A stretch of DNA of 64,000 bases from positions 3,906,001 through 3,970,000 of the forward strand of contig CM007990.1 in NCBI GenBank assembly GCA_002189035.1, given 5' to 3'. This document shows, in pieces, positions 10,291-23,415 of this stretch. The notes beneath the pieces are model-generated. The model was not told the origin of the DNA. It did not search any database and saw only the letters and a list, made by a program, of their open reading frames with translations. Source of the stretch: Utricularia gibba. Its lineage: Eukaryota > Plantae > Magnoliophyta. A program made the translations under genes and the position numbers. Positions within the stretch are counted from its first letter, which is position 1. Every line of letters starts with the position of its first letter.

Positions 10291-13200
10291 ACTGCTTATG
10301 TTTAATAATTCATAAAACCCGAATATGTAATTTCATGTAAAAAAAATTTTTGTTTCTATTAAAATATTGTAAAATTAGTTTTGTTGTTACTAAATGTGAA
10401 TGATTTTCACTTTAAAATATTTACGACCTAAAAAGAGCCTCTATCAAGACGAAGCAAAGGCAAGAGTGGCAAATCATTGTTTTCTAGAACCTTCTACCAT
10501 GCCTTGAAAAGGGAATCGCTATTTTGTACAATTTTAATATTATAATACAAGTCTTCTTGTATATAGTGTGATGAAAAACTTTTCAAAATTTTTTTCAAAC
10601 CCACCAAGCTAGCTTCCATTAAAAATATCATATAATGTTACTTGTTTTTTCTCTCCAATTTTTCAAAAATTGGTAATACAGATTTTTAATCTTGTTGTTT
10701 ACAAATCCTAAACATAAGGTAAAGTAAAATTGTTTCTAGATTTTTCTTGTTTTTATTATGCAAATTCTGACCAAGAATGGAATGCAATGCATTTCTATAT
10801 ATTTTACGTATGTTTTTATGGAAAATCTACCCATGTAGTAATCACATGTCAATTCGTTGATTTACCTCTACCAAAGAAAATTGCTCTTTTTTCGAACAAA
10901 TAATTATTTTTTTCTAAAGTAAAAATGATTTAAAAGATTTTCCAAAACGTTGATTCGTTTTCATAAATCCATTCTTTTCTATTTTAACCTTTTATTTGAT
11001 GGTATAATGTATTCGATGTGAATGGATTATTAATTTATTGAATGTTCTAGAAAACTGTATAAATTAAATCTCATTTTCAATTATATAATTGAACATATCT
11101 AATTATTTTATTTTTAAAAATAATATATATATACTGATAGAAAATATTGATAAAAATCTATTTAAAATCACAAATCTGATGACAATGTACATTAACGTAC
11201 ATTTTAGTGTTTATTATTGGTGAATAAAATAAAATTAGGTTTACAACAGGAGTATGATATGATATCTTTTGGAGCGTGGTGTTTCACTCGGCACCAAATC
11301 AACATTATAATATCTTTTCCTTTTCTGGAGTGTGACGTGGAGGCACGCCGAATCGTCACGTCACCGCATCCCGAAAGAGGAAGCAATGCGGTAATTAAGG
11401 AGTATGTCACGCCCCCCACTCCCTAATCACCATTCAAGTATTTAAGGCCTGATTTAATATTTACTAGAATTTGGATTATTAAATAAAACCCTACTTATGA
11501 TTTTAGGATACAAAAATATTGTCTAGTAAATGAGTTTGGTTTATAAAAATAATACCTTTCATTGGTTAAAAGATTATTTTGGTGTATAAGTTATTATTTC
11601 TAAATCCATCATGAATAAATAAATATACAAAAAAATTTTCATTTTTATTTTTACAAAAAAAAAAAGAATAAAAGTGGAGATCGAATTATTTGATTCGAAA
11701 ACCAAATGCACGTTTTTTTGTTATTAAACACATGATTAATACCAAAGCAGCCAGATAGGTTTGTGAATAATGAATCACATTTGCATGTTGGATAAATGTT
11801 CGAAGACTTAGAAATTTGCATGGAGTTTCAGCAAAATTTAGAACAAGTAAATAAAGTTTTAGAATAAAATTTGTGATATTTGAATGAAATAGTTAATGGA
11901 GGGAGGGGGGTGGTCCAAACATCATTATCTTCAAATGAAGGTTGGATCGGGTATTTATGGTGGGATTAATGAAATAGTTGTAAAAATTGGACCGTTGGAC
12001 GGTCCGAGAAAATCCAAAACTCGGTTTTCCTACTAAAACCCTTTCACTACAATAAATAAACCCATCTAATTAAATTCCCACACTCTCTGCTTCTTCAATA
12101 AAAACTCGTGTAAAATGCAATCTCCCTTCACAATAAAACAAAATAAAATATTATTTGATTAATAAAATATAATTATCAATATATTCATATTTGTAGATAT
12201 ATCCAACCTGACCTATCATCTAATGTTAGATCTCCAGGATTTATAATAATGAGATAGAGAGTATTAAATAATATTTCTGCACCATGAAACACATTTCGTG
12301 TGTATGGAGCCACGTACATTTATGTGAGAAATTTGACAATTCTTAATATATTTTTTTAACATAATGTGTGTAAGAGATCCTTTATAATTCCTACCTATTT
12401 TGTTTTTTAAATTAAAAAAATATCCCCCCAACTAGAACTGTTGTAATGAAGGAACAAGGCTTATTTTGAATTGTATTTGATTTAACTAATATCGTTTATA
12501 TTCATTTAAATAGTATAAATGAATAAACATGAGCAAAATTTATGTTTGATTTTATTCTATTGTGGTTTTAGTGTTTCCGTAATGTTACATCAAAGTTTGA
12601 TATTTTAAGTTGATGGAAAATGAATAATGTAAAATATCCAATTTTAATTAATGTTGCAATACATATTTTAGTTACAATTATGATATTTATGACTTCAAAA
12701 ACTAATTTATTGATTAACTTATAGATAATTTTCCATTATCTTTGATGATCAACACGTGTGTGATGATCTTTTATAATGGTGATTGGATCAAATTATTTCA
12801 TAAAATAAAGAGCAAATAATCTTTAATTTTTTTATAATATTTTATAAATTCTATAATTAATATATGTATATGTAATTATTCAATTTGAAACTAATTATAT
12901 TTTTATTGAAGCTAAGTTGGACTTCAACACGAACAATAGAGCTATACTAATAATACAATAAATATTGGAACGAATGAAAAACGACAATAAAAAGAAAACT
13001 TGTACTTCACTTTCAAAATAGATATGTGACTATTTTTGTTTGGTATTTATTTCATTACAAACATATTTTTTTATGTTTAAGTTTAGTTTATCTATTTTTA
13101 ATTATTTTAAATTTGAAAATATGAGATATTAAACACTTATTTTTTTATTCAATTAATTTAAATAAGTAAATCTCACATTTGATAATTTTAATTTGGTATA

Positions 13201-13464
13201 AACGTAAACAATGTATGGGTTGCGCTGCATTTATAGAGTTTCCTTGTTGGGACTAAACACGACGTTAACGCTTCGTGGGTATTGGGATCCATGTTGCATG
13301 AGTTAGTTTTTTTCTTTCTAAAAACATCGAGACCGGTCACATTATTTTATTACTCTCTTCGTATGATGTTACACTCTGGAAAGGGTATGGACCAGGTGCC
13401 ATGCTTAATGCTTCTGCTTCTTACAATCGCCAGGGACCAACCAGCAACTCCTCCCTATTTCTCT

Positions 13465-13494
13465 CTTCTTCTTCTTCTTCTTCTTCTTCTTCTT
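13465..13494. repeat. (CTT)10 microsatellite
   Basis: Perfect CTT run read directly. Confidence 0.95.
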
Positions 13495-14279
13495 TTTTCA
13501 TTCTTTTTGTTCTGGGAGTTTATGAAGCTGGTGCATTACAACAATGCACGCGTTTATCAGGAGAATGGATCCCAAAATCCAGTGCAGAATCGTGGAGTTG
13601 GGAAAAAAAAGTTGAAGGAAAATATGTTTCTACGTACGTAACAACACATATGTGAGTGGAGTGGGGCAGGAGACCACCCACGTGTGAGTGCCTCGCCATA
13701 TGCAAACGAAACATACTTCACACACTTATTTATTGTCTTTCTGTCATTAGCCCTTGTCACATCCCAAGGATAACTAGATGAGTAAAGTTATGATCATGCG
13801 CGCCAGATTTTACCGCTACTAGAAAGACGTGCTGCGTCTCAGATTAAAGAGTAAATGTTGGTGCTTATGACTTGGAGATTCTCATTTGTGCTACGCCTCA
13901 TAACATTCCCATGAATCTTGCTGTTTAGCAGAAGCATATGCTGCAGGCCAGGCTAGTGCTGGTCTAGGCATCTCCAACCACCAGCTTAACTGATAAGTGA
14001 TAACCAACCATCTGCACTGCACTGCTCTGCCTTCAGTTGTCTTCGCTTCTGGGCTTCAGTTTTACTGTAGAAAACTGCCATCAAGTAATCTTGTGTTTAA
14101 TCTCACCTGGCTTCAGAAGGGGGGATGCGTCATACATCAACCAACTTAGTCAAATTGGTATGCTGTTACTTTTTCCCTAGAAAAAAAAAGAAAGAGGATG
14201 GGGGGGTGAAGAATCTCAGCTGTTGAGAGACGTCTATAAGTATCATCTACCCCACTTGTGTTTTTCAGCATTCATTCTC

Positions 14280-15300
14280 ATGATGAATCACACCTCTTCT
14301 TACTCTCCCGTCAATGGTTTCTACAGTTTTCTCACGCACCAACTTGAAAATCTTCATCATCTTTACCACTCAGAAGGCCTCATCTCCATCAAGTTCCTTC
14401 AGAGAGTTGTCATGTCTCTTCGAGCTTTTCACTCCCAACTGGTACTCTTGGCGAGGAGCCTGCGTTTGCCTGCAGGGGAGAAGTGGCTCGACGCCTACAT
14501 GGACGAAACCGATAGGCTCTGGGAAACTTGTTTGGATCTTAGGAGAGGGATATCTTCATTGGAAAGGTTCTGTCTTTCAGCGGAAAATGTGGTTTCTGTA
14601 GTGAATCATCACACCCATTTGAATGCTCAGATTTCCCGCCAGGTTAGTGATTGTTGAAATGCCGAAGAAGGTGCTCATGGGGTTTCATTTTTCTTACTGT
14701 TGATTGTGTTTGTAGATTGCTCGAGAAATCGATCGTTGCCAAAGGGAGTTGGGCTTGATGGGGGACAACAGAATTAGAGCAGAAGAGAGAGTGCAGACTC
14801 TGTTTCTTGTTCCATTTGATCATGGTTTTGTAGCGGGGATCAATTTCTACAAGTGTGTTGAATTCAGGGCAGCTTTGTATGCAATGAGGACTATTGATAC
14901 CTTGCTTTTGGAGATTCTGCTTTGTGGGTTTGTGTATACTTGGCCTGAAACGAGTTTGCGGAACTGGAGAAAAACAGGGGATGACAATTCATCTCCAATG
15001 GTGGCTGCTGCTTCACTGCATTACAGTGTGTCTTCTGAGATAAGGCAAGGCAGAGATGGGATCCTGGTGCAGGAAGTTCAGAAGGCAATTTCCATCATGG
15101 AGGAACTCAGAGCAGCTGTTGATTCTCGAAGAGACAACGAACGACGGAGCGAAATCGCATCGAAGAAAGGCGAAAGCCTGAAGATCTGTTTAGGGAATCT
15201 GCAAGATGGGGTTACCGATGTATTTGGCCAAATTGACGATTTCTTTGATGAAATAGTGGAAGGTAGGAAGAAGCTCATGGATTTGTGCTCTCAAAGGTAG
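14280..15300 (+). CDS. BPS1-like / DUF793 family protein (about 315 aa)
   Basis: Exons 14280-14642 and 14716-15300 (GT-AG). Motifs SIKFLQRVVMSLRAFHSQL, LPAGEKWLDAYMDETDRLWETC, FRAALYAMR, DFFDEIVEGRKKLMDLCS. TATA-like CTATAAG near 14234. Confidence 0.85.
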
Positions 15301-15729
15301 AAAGATTTGTCTTTTCTGCTCGTACACTTTTTGTGCTCTCAGACAAGCTAAAGAAATGAGAACAAAAACTTCTTTTTGTCAAGATAGAATATGATTCTTG
15401 CTCCACGGTGTTGCTGCTGAAAAGAAGCAAAAGTAAAAGATGGTTTTTTTTTTCCCTTCTTTCTTCTGCACACTCAAAAACAGGGAACTTCATTTCTTCT
15501 CAGTTGTATGATTTCTTCCAAAGTAATTGCGACTAACACACCATATCGATTAACCCGATACACGAGCCTTGTGCATCTTTAGTTCCTTGGTGTTCATTGT
15601 TGAAAAACAACTTCACTTCCTGAGGACAGTAATCAGAAAAGAAAGTGCAAACATGCTTCACTAATTCAGGTAACTTGAAGCCGCAAAAAGATGAGATTCT
15701 AGTCGGTTTTCTCTGGAGTTGATATGACG

Positions 15730-16950
15730 ATTCTCATTCCTCCAGATCAGTTGTTCCAATCAAGAGATTCTAATGCGTTTCCCAAGATCCGTACACCCAG
15801 AGGATACTGTTTTCTGGTACCGTTTGACAGCCATGATAAAATAACTTTCATACGACTGATAGCTCTTAGGCAAAAAAGTTTCTCATCATGTTTAAGGTTA
15901 GCTCTGATGGGTTCGAACGATTGTGCATAAAGTTGTTGTTTTACGAGACGAGCGTTGTAAACAAACAGGGTTTTTCATGGGAAAAGCAAGGAAGAAAGGA
16001 GGGATAGCATGAAATATTTCCAGTAAGATTCTTCAGAAGTAGTGATAGTAAAAGAGCTAATGATTCCATCAATGAAATACTACAGAGGTGGGAAGGGTGG
16101 AAGATGACAAATATTGGAATAACAACAAAGTTTGGAAAGACAGAAAAAAGGAGAAAGAACATTAAACGCAGAGAGCAAGGTGCGTTTGTCCCCCTGGTTG
16201 TAAGCATCTCAAGGACGTGGCTAACAATTCGCATCCTTTCCCTTTTTCTTCTGTGCCAACCTTAATCAAGCAGTAAGGTGCAAAGCATGGATTCCTGTTG
16301 AAATAATTCAAAGGCTAGAGATGAGAGTGTGGCTAAGTTGCAATAAGGAGAGCTTATTGGTCTGGCCTATGTTCATCAATGGTTAAACCAACGCGTGCAG
16401 TAGGAGCTTTAAGGAGAGGATTACCACGATCCCTCTCTATTTAAGCGCTGGTTCCATCAGCCGAGCTCCTCCCCGCCAAACATGGGTAGGCTGGAATGAT
16501 TGTGGGGCTATCTGGTAGGATTGTTCCTACCTACTTTCGAACAGCAATTATGATCACAAGACTTGCGCACGCTTTAGCCATGTTATCTTTGTTTATTATC
16601 ATCACTTTCCAGATTGTCTTTTTCTGTTTTCGAGGATTCACTCTTGTTGGTTTGCTTTGCGATAGACGACTTACTCTGGTTGGTATCACCCTGGGCTGCA
16701 AGGAGCTTCAGACCAGTGCTTCTGAACTTCTTTGGCAACCGGTTAACATGATCACTTCCAAATGCGTTTCCCTTTTTTGCCCATCTCAGCCTATTGGGTA
16801 TTGAGTGGTTTTGGAAGTTCGTGGAGCACCTGCCCACCTCCTCCTCAGCAACAGCTTGCCTTTACTCTACCTTTTCCACTGGTTGCCACTCTGTAATATT
16901 TTCGAAGATTCGAATTCTTGGTTTCAAAGCTTTCTAACAACTGTCGAATT
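15730..16950 (-). pseudogene. Intronless degenerate coding remnant of unidentified family
   Basis: Long protein-like stretches on the minus strand broken by in-frame stops and shifts, e.g. YFIDGIISSFTITTSEESYWKYFMLSLLSSLLFP*KTLFVYNARLVKQQLYAQSFEPIRANLKHDEKLFCLRAISRMKVILSWLSNGTRKQYPLGVRILGNALESLDWNN*. GC content is coding-like. Confidence 0.35.
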
Positions 16951-18364
16951 ATTCACGCCAAAGCTTAACTCATTCCCTCCAACATATGTAACGATTGTTA
17001 TTTTCTTGTATGATATTATATATTTCAAATATTTAATTTTCATGATTTTATGTTTTTATTTTCTAAAAAAAATTTCATATGAAATTAGAAAAGATCCATT
17101 CACCTTATTCATAATCGATATAAAATTCATCTAAAATACTTTTATTCTTTTTTGAGTCAAACCATTTCATTATCTCTTGAAAACTCAATGTACTAGTTGA
17201 GGTTTATCCAACCATTTATTATAGCCTCGGATTTGGTTCTTATACCAAATTTAAGGGTGTGATCCAAAGAAGTATGGAAGAATATTAGATAAACCTCACA
17301 TTGGTTATTGATAAAATAGATGTAGAGTTTATATATAATGCTTGTATCTAATCTTATAAGAGTTATTTTTTAAAAAAATGATAAATGTAAAATCATGATA
17401 ACTAGATAATCTAAATGGAAAATATCATATAATAATAGTATTACAGCTTAAGCTTGAATTTAATGCACAGAGAGTTGGCAGATTTGAAAATGGACTAAAG
17501 GAGAAAGAGAGAGTTGTAAAGACTGATCTACTGGCCCGGCCCAACCACCAATCACGCCCCATGTTTCTTTCTGTTCACGAACTCCGTAGTCCAGCAAATT
17601 TCAGGCCTGATGAATCTTCCATTTAGAACAGTTAGTAGTTACATTCCAGATGTCGAAGCTATGAATCAGCAGACTAAGGAAAAGAGACGAGATTCTTGTT
17701 TACTGTTCTTTGTCATATCAATCCCCAAGCATCTGTTTTTATGCATCACTACCCATGTGCTGGTGTTAATTTGTATGCATCACAAGCAAGTTGATTGTGT
17801 GTTGCGGATCTTGAAAAGAAGCATGTGGTTTAGTTTGAGATGGAATAGCAAGTGAGCAGAGTCGGGCAGAAAAAGGTGAAGAACGCGAGTCAGCCGCAGG
17901 CTAAAAATGTAAAGGCTGCTTTTTTCTTCTTTGTCACTCAGTACTCGGCTCGTGATCCGTGAGCAGAAATTGCATTAAAATAAAGTCACAGAATTCCATG
18001 GAAACACACAGATCTACTTCCATGGTTGATGTGGGAGCTGAAACCCCAGATCTTGACATGCAATGTAAGTGGATCCCCAGAACAGAAGCAGCAACCGGAA
18101 ATGACCATCTCTGGAAACACACTATACCTGCATAGAGGCGTAGTATGGATTCAGGATCTAATAGAACGCCCCCTCAAATGTCAGATCAAACCAATGAACA
18201 CATGGATGAAGAGCTTTTGAGAGGAATGAAGCCTGGTCCGAAGCCCTTCTCGTTCTCTGCATATGCAACAGAGAACAAAGTGCGCGTCGAGCCAGTCAAC
18301 ATCCCCCGCAACCGCTCCTTATCGAATCGACTGCACTTCTTCTTGAACCCGAGGCAAGAAGAAA

Positions 18365-18397
18365 GGAGGAGGAGGAGGAGGAGGAGGAGGAGGAGGA
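18365..18397. repeat. (GGA)11 microsatellite
   Basis: Perfect GGA run read directly. Confidence 0.95.
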
Positions 18398-20039
18398 ATG
18401 GGGAGATGCTCATCCACAAACCCTAACTCGTGGATACCTTTTTTTTAATTTTTTTTTAATGAGAGGGGACACTGAGAAACCAGTCAAATAGGAGGTATAA
18501 ATGCAGAATTCAATAAAATAGTGCATTTGTGTGAGCGACTTTACCCACTCTCTCTTCAAGTGGATAAATTTTTTAGATCTAGATGAGAGCACAAATACAA
18601 AATTATGCACAAGAAACATAAGCAGGATCAGGACTTAACGTTAACAATCGTCATGATTCATACTTTTATTATATGATATTATCTGTTTTGAATATGTTAA
18701 AAAAGATGAAGACTCTCAACTTATTTAATTTACTTTTTTAAAAATATAGATTCCCAACTTATATTTTGTCAAAAATGCATAGACTGACTCATTCTTTTAG
18801 ACTTGGTTAGGGTTTGTATATACAAATTGGTTTAGGGTTTTTTTTTATCACCATTGATTTAATATTACCAATCTATCTTTTTTTATTACATGTTTGAGGG
18901 GGTTTTTTTTTTGGAAGCTTAACCATATAATATATAAATAAAATTGAGATATATTTTTAAAACAATTTTTAATTATAAAAAATGTTACATAAATAGTTTT
19001 GTCATTAAATACAAATTGTTCTTGTTTTAAAAAAAATATTTATTTTATTAGAAATGATTCTTGAAAAATGTTTCCAAAAGAGAAGAACGAAACCCATCCA
19101 AACCTAAATTCAGAGGGAAAAAACTGGGGAAATGGAAGGACCACGGGTGAATTTAATGGCGAGCATCATCGAGCTCAGACGCTGCGGGCTGGCTTGAAAT
19201 TGATCGATTTTGACAGAGGAAAAAGAAGGGCAGCTTGAGTGAGTCATTGTTGCCACCGGCGGGGTGACGGGCCGCCGCCGTCAAATATATTGTTTTCTAG
19301 TGATGACTCCGGTGAACTCAACCTCAGCACACACTGATTTGGATGAATCTTGAGCACACACGCAGTCGGGCAACTGACAACTCCTTTGCCCTCTTCGTGA
19401 TCTAGTAATTACTTTGGAAAACGGTGTAGATCCATTCTGGGTATGCTTATAATTTTTAAATGAATCATTTTTTATTCTCAAGAATCTTCATTTATGTTTT
19501 ATTTCTTGATTTCAGATTCTTCATTAAGATTTGGAATTCATTCCAGTGAAATCAGCAGCAGCAGACGCGCTCCACGCGCGACTGGGGAAGGTGGGGGGTC
19601 GCGGCAGCAATTAAGTTCGCACCAGGGGCGGAAGCGAAATTGGTACACGCGCCGACAGCGGGATGTGGGCCCCCTCTGTCTGAGTCGTCGGTCGACGAGC
19701 CCAGTGGTCCCCACGACTCAAATCATGCGTTAATGATATGGCTCTGCCACACTCCGACAGTTGAAGCGATCGGAATGGGAATACGGACAATTTGTGTTGG
19801 GCCCGTCACTTAGGCCCAGTAATTGAATCCAACAGAGATTTTACGAAGCCGCAACACGAGGCCTACTTACGTTTAGACAACGGCCCACTTGTGAACCCAC
19901 ATCTCCACAATCGCAAAGATTGAAATCTGACCATTCATTCGGTGCACGTATAAGATTGGGTTGGCCTCGGATATTCCCTTTGTGTCTTGACGTCGTTGAC
20001 ACATTCTATCTGCAAGGAAGGGATAGTGATTCAGCGAAC

Positions 20040-22254
20040 ATGTCTGAGGTACTGCTGCGTGTTTATTCTTCTGTTGTTGCTGAATTTATTCGGTACTTTT
20101 AATTGGTTCGTTTGCGTTCCTGGAGTTTTTGGACCAAGTTTGTGCTTGTCGTTTGACGATTCGTTTGTTTTCGGAATTATGATTTGAAGATTTATGGAGT
20201 CTTATGTGAGTTGAAGTTAACAAAATCGGGATTTTTTAGGATGCTGCTTTTATATTGATGTTTTTATTTCTACAGGCACAAAAGAGCCCTCCCGTCACTG
20301 AAGAAGGTGATTTTTCTTACAAAGAGTTCTTTTTTTTTTGAGGGAATTATGAGCAATGTGGGGTTGATTGGATTTATTGTTCTTTGTATGCGTTTGGTGG
20401 GATACAGAGGATTCTTTATATTTTTGTATTTTGACGCAATGTGGCATCTGTGTTGTTATCAATAATTATAGTATGTTTTAATTATGTAAAAAGCCTTATT
20501 TTGGTGCTCAGAAAAGAAGTCTGATGCGGATGGAAGTAAGACTTCTTCCTCTGCACCTGCAGCATCCACGCAGGCAGTGCCTAATAATCCGTTTGCTGGA
20601 ATGCCAAATCCATTTGATTTCTCAGCCATGCAAGGAGTGCTTAACGTGAGTACCTGTCTTCCCTAAGTGTTAGTTATTTATTCAGATATATTCTTACATG
20701 TTTGGGATGACATGGTAAGTAAAAATGTTGATGTTGTTGAACCTTTGATGTTCTGCTGGGTTTCGAAAATTTAGATATTGACTGGCATGCATTAAAATTT
20801 AAAAAGAGTGGAAGAGAACGTGATTTTCTTGTTCCACCCACAGGATCCGAGCATCAAAGAGTTAGCAGAACAGATTGCAAAGGATCCCGCTTTTAATCAG
20901 ATGGCTCAACAGCTACAAAGTACCTTTCAAGGGGCTTCAGTTGATGATGGCATTCCCAGCTTCGACTCACAACAATATTTTTCTACCATGCAACAAGTGA
21001 TGCAAAATCCACAATTCATGACTATGGCTGAGAAGCTTGGAAATGCGTTAATGCAGGTTTTGGTTCTTGAGGTTTATATATCCTTATATGTGTTGGTTAC
21101 ATTGATGGTTTATCATCATTTTGGTAGGATCCAGCCATGTCTGGCATGCTTGAGAGTTTGACAAATCCAGCAAATAGAAGCCAATATGAAGAGCGGATGG
21201 CACGTATCAAGGAAGATCCCTCTCTGAAGCCTATTTTGGAGGAGATTGAAAAAGGTGGCCCTGCTGCAATGATGAAGTAAGTGTAGCTTTCTCGCCCCCA
21301 CTCATTTTTCCGTTCTCTCAACTTTTCACACTTTTTTTGTGCTATTTTATTTATATTTAGGTATTGGAATGACGCAGAGGTTCTCCAGAAGTTGGGTGGC
21401 GCCATGGGGTTTGCTGCAGGAGCAGATGGTGCTACATCTGGTGACATTGCAGAAGACGAAACAGTGGAAGTCTGTGAGGAGGAATCTATAGTGCACCACA
21501 CTGCTAGCATTGGTGATGTGGAGGTAAATTGCCCTCACACTGTTGCGACTGTTTGCTTCATTTCTGCCTGCAACCCGCCCTCTGTAATTTCTGCTGGCAT
21601 GCTTTCCCTCGATGATTAAATTAGGGACTGAAGAAGGCTCTCTCTGATGGGGCTGATAAGGATGAAGAAGATGCTGAAGGGAGGACAGCTTTGCACTTTT
21701 CATGCGGATATGGTGAGGTAATTCCAAAAGTGATCTCAGCTGCATATGGTGTTTTGTTTTGCTTCTTCTTCACGAGCGTTTTCTACTGCATCCAGAGAAA
21801 GCTGCTAGCATTTTGTTCTTTTAAATATTACCCGTGGAATTTTATCGCAAAACCCAAGTTCTCAGAAAAGCTTAGGACGGCCGTCTCTACCTCCATCAAA
21901 AAGTGATTGTTTCATGTATTTCTTTCTATACCAGGTTAAGTGCGCCCAGATCCTGCTGGAGGCTGGAGCTAAGGTCGACGCCGTGGATAAGAACAAGAAC
22001 ACTCCCCTCCACTATGCTGCAGGCTATGGCCAGAAGGACTGCGTCGAACTTCTACTTAAAAACGGTGCTGCAGTGTAAGTAAAGCGCTCATTTCCAGTCA
22101 TCTGATATGGTTGGATACCTTCCCCTCCTGAGACATCGTGTTCCATTGATTCAGCACCCTCCAGAACCTGGATGGTAAGACGCCAATCGAGGTGGCGAAA
22201 CTGAACAGCCAGGATGAGGTGCTGAAGCTACTCGAGAAGGATGCGTTTCTTTAG
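20040..22254 (+). CDS. AKR2: Ankyrin repeat-containing protein 2 (AKR2A/B-like membrane-protein chaperone)
   Basis: Nine exons: 20040-20048, 20276-20306, 20512-20645, 20844-21056, 21128-21276, 21361-21523, 21625-21717, 21935-22074, 22155-22254. Motifs [49 protein letters not shown], ankyrin repeats [13 protein letters not shown] and [12 protein letters not shown]; ends KLLEKDAFL*. Confidence 0.95.
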
Positions 22255-23415
22255 AATCCATCCAAACAGGCTGCTCTGTTGTATCTTGCGGTGGTTGATC
22301 AGCCATGGTGATGTTGTGTGGATCATCTCAGGGTTCCAAGACAACATTTTTTCTTTTTTTTTTTGCACTGCGGGCTTATTTTGTTTGTTTTATTAAATAA
22401 AAATTGTGGCTGCGTTTTAAGTTGTAGACATCTGACTTGTTCAATGTCTTTTTGAAGTGTGTTTGATCTTATTGGTGTTCACCTTGTGAGATACCGGCAA
22501 TGTAAGATGATTAATACAGAGGGTGCGTTTGGTACCTGGTATATGAAAATATTTGATTAGTTGGTAAATTGAATACTATTTTTGTTATATATATTTTTTA
22601 ATAGTAAGATAATATCACATTTGGTAAATGATATGAAAAATAGTATAATATTTTAAATTTATATTTGAAATATTAGTTTTATGATATTTTGGTACACTAA
22701 CTTTCCTCTATAATATGATAGACTCTCGCTTATCTTTTACTATATTGTTTATTTTGAATATTAAATTCATGTTTTTAATTTTTTTCTTTTTTTAATAATT
22801 ATATACAAGATTAAAATAATCTCTCTATTTAAACACATTAATTAATCAATCAATGTGGTATATTCATGGATTTATTTAATACATGATCAGAAAATTTATT
22901 GTGTCTTATGTAATCTATTTTGTTGGGAGACAGAAAAAATTGCAGTTTACAGTAAATGGATCAAAAAACTTGAACTTACAAATCATGTCATAGGGTTTTA
23001 TATTACGATTTTACTCAAATATGCATAAACGTTAATTCAATTTTTTTCTTAAACAAATAAACAGATCCCTATAAAAAATTTTCAATTAAATCATATCTCA
23101 TAACATCTTCCAACTTCAATTAAATGGCATCATATTGTATAGCTTAAACCAAAGACACCCAAAAGGTTTTTTTGTTGACTTTTGCTAATGATTATCAATC
23201 ATAAGGATGATGGTTGGTGATGCATTCAGATGCCATTATTGGGGCGTTGGCACTTGGCATCATCCCTGCGGCTGTTGAATTGAATTTGAAGTTCACGGGA
23301 GCCCGAATTCGAGGGTGTAAATTTCTTCAGTTCAGGGATTGTTTGAGTTTCCGGCGCGAATCTGATCTATCTACCGGAGGTACGATTTGGGATTTGACGG
23401 AATTTTCGATTAGGG

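Noticed and set aside
18186-18419. Secreted peptide with a poly-Leu signal sequence
   Set aside because: The Leu run is the reverse complement of the (GGA)11 microsatellite, and no known peptide-family motif follows.
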